Source: an uncultured Chloroflexia bacterium
Lineage (GTDB): Bacteria > Chloroflexota > Limnocylindria > Limnocylindrales > CSP1-4
Assembly (NCBI GenBank): GCA_963828165.1
Contig: CAWHDR010000001.1
Coordinates: forward strand, 1,888,001 to 1,952,000
DNA: 64,000 bases
Direction: 5' to 3'
Shown here in pieces: positions 59,001-64,000 of this stretch. The notes beneath the pieces are model-generated. The model searched no databases. It saw only the letters and a program-made list of their open reading frames with translations, and was not told the DNA's origin. Every line of letters starts with the position of its first letter. Position 1 is the stretch's first letter. The translations under genes were made by a program, and so were the position numbers.

Positions 59001-59391
59001 AGCGGGCCTGTTCGCGGTCGTGGGATTCGTCGTCAGCGCGGCGGTCTCCGCCCGCGAGCGCGTGACCGAGTTCGCGTTGCTCCGGGCGCTCGGCTTGTCG
59101 TCCCGTCAGCTGTCGGGCTGGCTGTCGCTCGAGAACGCGACGCTGGCCGCGATCAGCCTCGTGGCCGGCACCGCGCTTGGCCTGGTGGTCGCGTGGGTCG
59201 CCCTGCCGTTCGTCACGGTCACACAACGGGCCGTCACGCCGTTCCCCCCGGTCGAGGTGACCGTGCCGTGGGCGACGATCGCGGCGCTCGAGGCGATCGG
59301 CATCGTGGCGCTGTCGGGCGCGGTCGTCGTCCTGGCCTGGCTGCTCCGCCGGACCGGCATGGCCTCGGCGCTGCGCATGGGCGACGACTGA
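56005..59391 (+). CDS. Large FtsX/MacB-type ABC permease
   Basis: Two FtsX halves (RRIDTAMLRSRGAG; RERVTEFALLRALG), QVGADAR, two large extracytoplasmic domains. Confidence 0.85.
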   Translation: MSSLVAMVQVSLRRSRAAWPIVASAGLICLLAASLLAAGPMYAGAVAIAGLQRVMTDAPVSEANVEVSMRLDPEAAAAADRVVAPELERALGDVGGTILRAGRSDSFGLPGPASGPRTDLIEVGFADGIEDHATLVAGSWPVPVSVEEAAAETAIPGAVSEPVAESLGLAVGDAIRLPSRIDPDFIASVTVAAIFRIDDPSDPFWWDDPQVLDGRVTSERFETYGPFFTTPERFGTRAAAGRAQFTWRARPNFEALTLEGAPGLRVRVGQLGGRLGSSMEGVPVTVTSSLPDIIAAAERSLLASRTGVLLLTVQFVVLAAYAVLLSAALLVEHRRIDTAMLRSRGAGPARIAGLALVEGLLLTLPATIAAPWLAAAALQAFNVGGPLTEIGLRIQPVVTGESYLAAAAAAAACLVALLLPALPTVRSFASVHGSVTRAETRSLGTRLGLDLALLAVAGLGLWQLRHYGAPLTRSVQGSLGIDPLLVATPAIGFLAGAILALRVIPIIAALIERATARGRGLVTSLGSRQLARRPLRYTRAALLLMLAMAMGVFAITYTWTWSTSQHDQATFQVGADARVEPRRLFGGLPGWALGRAYAAIPGLTARTPIDREPVPVAASDASGEIVGLDATTAGSVVVLRPDLAVTPIAELLRPLAAERPALESVQLPGEPSALLLEVDLAIDALRQPETSEDTDELEMVPVDPAQYADVPALGVSVVLRDADGHLHRFGGDLGTLGGSPVHLNVPLGDARFPADSTFSYPLELLAIEVQLLLPEGLEATEATLTVPWIHVIANGTEEPVPLTLERGWRTTSSVYGLPHGAVDASNTGTELKVQTGIRGMQIIRGVDRFGRGTVVTFAPVALDGVGVDPIPVVATDPYLEATGGAIGDELHVQLAGIDRRVVVVGAIRAFPTVDPSKPLLLMDYETLALLRFEGSDAVAPAQEWWFAVDPSQHEATIDRLRDPSLGSRSVVSLVERNRALATDPVALGIIGVLSIGVVAAGLFAVVGFVVSAAVSARERVTEFALLRALGLSSRQLSGWLSLENATLAAISLVAGTALGLVVAWVALPFVTVTQRAVTPFPPVEVTVPWATIAALEAIGIVALSGAVVVLAWLLRRTGMASALRMGDD

Positions 59392-59392
59392 C

Positions 59393-62164
59393 ATGCGCCT
59401 GGTGGGCGCCGTGGCCGTCCTGCTGCGTCGGATCCGGGCCGAGCGCGGGGTGGCGATCCTGCTCTTCGTGTTGGTCGCGGTGACGAGCTTCGTCGTCGCG
59501 GCCAGCCCGCGCCTGTTCGATCGCGTCGCCGATTCCGGCCTGCGCTACGAGGTCGCACGGGCGACGTCCGCCCAGCGAAACATCCAGTTCACGACCGTCG
59601 ACCAGATCCGAGCGGAAGACGGCGAAGCGCTCGCCAACGTCGATGACCGCGGGGAGGGGCTCATGGAGCGCTTGCCCGAGTCGGTCGGCCAGCTCATCGA
59701 GGGGCGCTCATACGTCGTCGACACCACGCGCTTCCGCCTCACGGACCCGCCCAATTACACGTCCTACGTCACCCTCCGGAACCAGGACGGCGTCGACGAC
59801 CACATCGAGCTCGTCGGGGGCCGACGGCCGGCCCGTGCAGCGGTGCCGACCGAGCCCGACCAGCCGCCCAGGTTCGAGGTGGCGCTCTCGAGCGCGGCTG
59901 CCGCTCAGCTTCTGGTCGAGCTGGGCGACATCCTCCCGGCGGAGGTCGATCCGGGGGACCCGATGCTGCGGACCCTCTTTCCGCGACCGACGACGGCCGT
60001 CGAGATGGAGGTCGTCGGCCTGTTCGAGGTCGACGACCGGCGCGCACCGTACTGGTTCGATGAGACCACGCTCGCCGAAGCCGCGATCGGCGGGACGGAC
60101 GATTCCCCCATCGCGTTCGCCACGGCCCTGATCGCACCCGAGGCCTACGCCGACGTCTTCACGCTGGGCTTGCCGACCCGCTACCGCTGGCGGCTCCAGG
60201 TCGATGCGGAGCGACTGGATGCGGGCGAAGTCACGCCCCTCCGGGACGACCTGCGCCGGCTCGGGTCGAGCTTCGGGACGGCTGGATCCGGTGCGAATGG
60301 GCGCATCCTGTACCGCTCGGGCCTGCTGGACGTCCTCGAGCGGTTCGCCGCCCGGCGTACGGCCACCGAGGCGGCCCTGTGGGTGGCTGCGATGGGCCCG
60401 CTGGCCGTGGCCGCCGGCGCCCTCGGGTTGGTCGCGGTCATCATCGTCGGGCGGCGACGGGCCGCGTTGGTCCTTGCTCGCGGTCGCGGCGCATCCGCCG
60501 CCCAGCTGCTCGCCGCCCAGCTCTGGGAGGGTCTCCTGATCTCGGTCCCGGCCGCCGTCGTGGGCCTCCTCCTCGCGGGGGCGGCCGTGCCTTCTCGTCC
60601 CGCGGCCGCGTCGTCGATCGGGGTCATCGTCGTGGCCCTGACCGTGACCGCGCTCCTGCTCGCCGCGACGTGGCCGGTGGCCCGCCGGGCGAGACGCGAC
60701 CTGGAGCGCGCCGAGGCGCCGGTCGGGCGCCTGGCCCCGCGCCGGTTGGTCATCGAAGCGACCGTCGTCGGGATCGCCGTCGCCGCGGCGTGGCTGCTCC
60801 GTGAGCGGGGCCTGGGCGGCCAGCGACCCAGCAGCGCATCGGCCGGCTTCGACCCGTTCCTTGCCGCGGCGCCGGTGCTCGTCGGTGTGGCGACCGCGCT
60901 CGTCGCTATCCGGCTGTACCCGATCCCGGTGCGGGCGCTCGCCTGGTTGACGGCCCGCCGCCGCGATCTCGTGCCGGCGCTCGGCCTGCGGAGCATCGGG
61001 CGGAACCCGAGCGCGGCATATCTGCCGCTGCTGGTCCTGACCCTCACGGTCGCGATGGGCGTGTTCTCGTCGGTGCTTGCCGCGACGATCGACGACGGCC
61101 AGGTCGCGGCCTCGTGGCAGGAGGTCGGAGCGGACTACCGCATCGAAGCGCTGCCCGATGGATTCCTGGGACCCGGCGTCGACCCAGCGACGGTCCCCGG
61201 TGTCGAAGCGGTCTCCGCTGCGTTCACGGAGACGACCAACCCGGTCCGCGGCGAGGTCGGGCGACCCGGGAGCCTGTCGTTGATCGCGGTCGACCCGGTC
61301 GCCCACGAGGCGGTCCTGGCGGGGTCGCCTCTGGCCGTGCAGTTTCCGGCCTCCATCCATGACGCGCAGGGCCGCTCCGGGAGCGGCGCCGGCGACCAAC
61401 CCATCCCGGTCCTCGTATCGAGGCGCGTCCCGAACGGCTGGCAGCCGCTGTCGATCGGGGAGGTCTTCCGGCACGGGGTCGGGGAACAGCCGTTGACCTT
61501 GTCGGTCGTGGGCTTCCTCGATACCTTCCCCGGCGTCCCTCGCGGAACGGCCTTCGTCGTCGCGCCCATGGACCCGGTCGTCGACGCCCTGCGGGCCGGC
61601 GACCCGCGGCCGACACTGCTGTTCGTGCGCGGCCCCGCCAGTCTCGGCGCGAGCTTGCGGGCTGCGGTGAGCGATGCGTCGGTCGGTGCGGTCGCCTCGC
61701 GTCATGAGCAGCTCGCTGCTGAACGCTCCGCCCCGCTTGTGGCGGCGGTGGGGCAGGGGTTCGTCGTGGCGCTCGGAGCGGCCGCGGTCTACGCGGTCCT
61801 GGCGGTCGTTGCAGTCGTGGCCCTCGAGGCCCAGCGGCGAGCCCGGGAGCTCGCCTACCTGCGCACCCTCGGACTGAGCGAGGGCCAGGCGATCGCCCTC
61901 GCGTTCGTCGAACATGCCCCTCCGGCGATCCTCGCGCTGGGGATCGGCATCCTGCTCGGGCTCGGTCTCGCGTGGTTGCTCGAACCAGGCCTGGGTCTGG
62001 CCGCATTCATCGATCCCGGTACCCCCGTGCGGCTGCAGATCGAGTGGGCGGCGGTGGCGGCGATGGCGCTGTCGATGTTGACGGTCGTCGGCATCCTGGT
62101 CGCGCTCAACGCGTGGCTGGCCCGTCGACTCGACCCGGGCCAGGCCCTCCGGATCGGCGAATGA
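59393..62164 (+). CDS. Large FtsX/MacB-type ABC permease, second subunit
   Basis: RRAALVLARGRGAS, EVGADYR and RARELAYLRTLG motifs. Confidence 0.85.
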   Translation: MRLVGAVAVLLRRIRAERGVAILLFVLVAVTSFVVAASPRLFDRVADSGLRYEVARATSAQRNIQFTTVDQIRAEDGEALANVDDRGEGLMERLPESVGQLIEGRSYVVDTTRFRLTDPPNYTSYVTLRNQDGVDDHIELVGGRRPARAAVPTEPDQPPRFEVALSSAAAAQLLVELGDILPAEVDPGDPMLRTLFPRPTTAVEMEVVGLFEVDDRRAPYWFDETTLAEAAIGGTDDSPIAFATALIAPEAYADVFTLGLPTRYRWRLQVDAERLDAGEVTPLRDDLRRLGSSFGTAGSGANGRILYRSGLLDVLERFAARRTATEAALWVAAMGPLAVAAGALGLVAVIIVGRRRAALVLARGRGASAAQLLAAQLWEGLLISVPAAVVGLLLAGAAVPSRPAAASSIGVIVVALTVTALLLAATWPVARRARRDLERAEAPVGRLAPRRLVIEATVVGIAVAAAWLLRERGLGGQRPSSASAGFDPFLAAAPVLVGVATALVAIRLYPIPVRALAWLTARRRDLVPALGLRSIGRNPSAAYLPLLVLTLTVAMGVFSSVLAATIDDGQVAASWQEVGADYRIEALPDGFLGPGVDPATVPGVEAVSAAFTETTNPVRGEVGRPGSLSLIAVDPVAHEAVLAGSPLAVQFPASIHDAQGRSGSGAGDQPIPVLVSRRVPNGWQPLSIGEVFRHGVGEQPLTLSVVGFLDTFPGVPRGTAFVVAPMDPVVDALRAGDPRPTLLFVRGPASLGASLRAAVSDASVGAVASRHEQLAAERSAPLVAAVGQGFVVALGAAAVYAVLAVVAVVALEAQRRARELAYLRTLGLSEGQAIALAFVEHAPPAILALGIGILLGLGLAWLLEPGLGLAAFIDPGTPVRLQIEWAAVAAMALSMLTVVGILVALNAWLARRLDPGQALRIGE

Positions 62165-62189
62165 ACCACCAGATGACGGCGGAGGCACC

Positions 62190-63194
62190 ATGACCAATTC
62201 GATGGCCGAGATCGTCGACCTGCCCAGCGCGGAGCGTCAGGCCCGCCAGCCGCGCGCCCGGTACGGCGAGCGCGCGCTGATCGTGTGCGACAACCTGGTG
62301 AAGATCTACAAGGTGGCGGACCTGGAGGTCGTGGCGCTGCAGGGGCTTGACCTGCTGGTGGAATCCGGCGAGTTCATCGCCCTGGTCGGCGCGTCTGGGT
62401 CCGGCAAGAGCACCCTGCTCAACGTGCTCGGTGGGCTCGACGTGCCGTCGGCAGGACGCGCCATCGTCGCCGGCCACCAGCTCGCCGAGCTTGGCCCGCG
62501 GGAACAGACGCGCTATCTCCGCCAGGTGATCGGCTTCGTCTGGCAGCAGACCGGCCGAAACCTCCTGCCGTACCTGACCGCGCTCGAGAACGTGGCGCTG
62601 CCGATGGCGTTCGACGGGGTCCCGGCCGACATCCGCGCGACGCGGGCGCGCGAGCTGCTTCGCCAGGTCGGCCTCGATGAGCGGGCCGACCACCGGCCCC
62701 GGCATCTCTCGGGCGGGGAGCAGCAGCGGGTGGCGATCGCCGTGGCCCTGGCCAACGAGCCCGAGGTCATCCTCGCGGACGAGCCCACGGGTGAGCTCGA
62801 CTCGGGCAGCGCCGCCGAGATCTTCGAGCTGCTGCGGCGGCTCAACCGCGAGCTCGGCGTGACGATCATCGTGGCGACGCACGATCCGCTCGTCAGCAGC
62901 CAGGTGAGCCGGACGGTCTCCATCCGGGACGGCCGGGTCAGCAGCGAGGTCCTCCGCCACCGGTCGGGTCCGACCGAGGACGATCACCACATCGAAACGG
63001 AATTCGCGGTGCTCGATCGCGTCGGGCGCTTGCAGCTGCCGCGCGCCCACGTCGAGGCGCTCGGGCTGGAGAGACGTGTGCGCGTGGATCTCGAGGAGGA
63101 CCACATCAGCGTGTGGCCGGATCGGAGCGCTGGGGCTGCGGGCGAGCCGCGGCCGCCGGCCGATCGTTCAGCAGATCGCGGGGACGCGCGATGA
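62190..63194 (+). CDS. LolD/MacB-type ABC ATPase with a C-terminal AbrB-like extension
   Basis: GASGSGKS, LSGGEQQR and ADEPTGELD; tail VLDRVGRLQLPRAHVEALGL; SD GGAGG. Confidence 0.9.
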   Translation: MTNSMAEIVDLPSAERQARQPRARYGERALIVCDNLVKIYKVADLEVVALQGLDLLVESGEFIALVGASGSGKSTLLNVLGGLDVPSAGRAIVAGHQLAELGPREQTRYLRQVIGFVWQQTGRNLLPYLTALENVALPMAFDGVPADIRATRARELLRQVGLDERADHRPRHLSGGEQQRVAIAVALANEPEVILADEPTGELDSGSAAEIFELLRRLNRELGVTIIVATHDPLVSSQVSRTVSIRDGRVSSEVLRHRSGPTEDDHHIETEFAVLDRVGRLQLPRAHVEALGLERRVRVDLEEDHISVWPDRSAGAAGEPRPPADRSADRGDAR

Positions 63195-63901
63195 CCGAGA
63201 CGGGACGCACGGTTCCCGCGGGGCCCATGGTCGAGACCCGCGGCCTCGGCCGCGACTTCTCGGTCGGTCCGGTCGTCGTCCACGCGCTGCGCGACGTGAA
63301 CCTCGCGGTCGACCGTGGGGAGCTGGTGGCGGTCCGTGGCCGGTCGGGTTCGGGCAAGACGACGCTGCTGTCGCTGATCGGCGGGCTCGACCGGGCGACG
63401 TCGGGCGATGTCGCGATCGACGGGCGATCGGTCGGCGACATGACCCCCGATACGCTGGTCGAATTGCGGCGTCGCAAGATCGGCTTCATCTTCCAGGCGT
63501 TCGGCCTGCTGTCCATCCTGTCGGCGGCGGAGAACGTCGAAGTCCCGCTTCGGCTCGTCCGGGCCGCTCCGTCCGAGCGCGAAGAGCGGGTCGCGGTGTT
63601 GCTGGAGCTGGTCGGTCTCGGGCAGCGCGGGCGGCACCGGCCGCACGAGCTATCGGGCGGTGAGCAGCAGCGTGTGGCGATCGCGCGGGCGCTCGCGAAC
63701 CGGCCGGATCTCCTGCTCGCCGATGAGCCGACCGGTCAGCTCGACTCTGCGACCGGTCGCTCGATCATGAGCCTGCTGCGCGCGGTGGTGCGCAGCGAAG
63801 GCGTGACGGCGATCATCGCCACGCACGATCCCACGCTCATCGACCTCGCCGACCGGGTGATCGATATCAGCGATGGGCGGATCGTGGGCCGAGCCGGCTG
63901 A
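63191..63901 (+). CDS. LolD/MacB-type ABC ATPase
   Basis: GRSGSGKTT, LSGGEQQR, ADEPTGQLD and ATHD motifs; ATGA overlap. Confidence 0.92.
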   Translation: MTETGRTVPAGPMVETRGLGRDFSVGPVVVHALRDVNLAVDRGELVAVRGRSGSGKTTLLSLIGGLDRATSGDVAIDGRSVGDMTPDTLVELRRRKIGFIFQAFGLLSILSAAENVEVPLRLVRAAPSEREERVAVLLELVGLGQRGRHRPHELSGGEQQRVAIARALANRPDLLLADEPTGQLDSATGRSIMSLLRAVVRSEGVTAIIATHDPTLIDLADRVIDISDGRIVGRAG

Positions 63902-63920
63902 GGCCGCCGATGCCGCCGGA

Positions 63921-63940
63921 GCGGCACGCAGCTGTGCCGC
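63921..63940. terminator. Hairpin between convergent genes
   Basis: GCGGCAC-gcagct-GTGCCGC; no U-tract. Confidence 0.4.
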
Positions 63941-63946
63941 CGGGGG

Positions 63947-64000
63947 TCAGCCCGGCGTTCGGTCGCCCCCGAGGCCTTTGAGCAGGTCGTCGAGATCAGC
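63947..64000 (-). CDS. C-terminal fragment of a gene entering from the right edge
   Basis: Minus strand reads ADLDDLLKGLGGDRTPG* with GC-rich third positions. Confidence 0.4.
   Translation of the reverse strand, partial: ADLDDLLKGLGGDRTPG

Noticed and set aside
1-64000. Mobile elements, prophage, defence systems, tRNA or rRNA
   Set aside because: No transposase, integrase, phage, nuclease or toxin-antitoxin motifs, and no tRNA cloverleaf or rRNA-like tract was recognised.

Overview
High-GC bacterial chromosomal window with no tRNA, rRNA, CRISPR array, transposase or integrase visible. Gene content and style (Pro/Thr-stalk secreted proteins, small SWIM protein, 7TM-HD next to ybeY) suggest Chloroflexota; this is inference. 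From left to right: NodI/J-type ABC-2 exporter, udgB, an interrupted dnaJ-prmA-HIT-rpsU-yqeY-7TM/HD-ybeY block, pth-mfd, MFS, a SAM-cycle cluster (apt, mtnA, GNAT, ahcY, metK), potABCD with a divergent XRE-cupin regulator, a C39-like secreted protein, mannose-phosphate genes, a four-gene operon of exported proteins, a cobalamin riboswitch with btuFCD-cobS-cobU-cobT-cobC, a divergent ureohydrolase/PLP-enzyme pair, a Pro/Thr-stalk surface protein coupled to a membrane GAF-GGDEF-EAL protein, and a four-gene giant FtsX-type ABC system. Best novelty candidates: (1) the structured leader + stalk protein with a QxRxDxxDPKL tail + c-di-GMP enzyme module at 50.8-55.2 kb; (2) the exported operon at 37.8-41.6 kb with a metzincin-like motif changed to DEFGHxxGxxH; (3) MtnA with a twin-arginine-like N-terminal extension. 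Several single-base frameshifts (two in mfd, one near 41.4 kb, about three in the Pro/Thr repeat) look like read-level indel errors.
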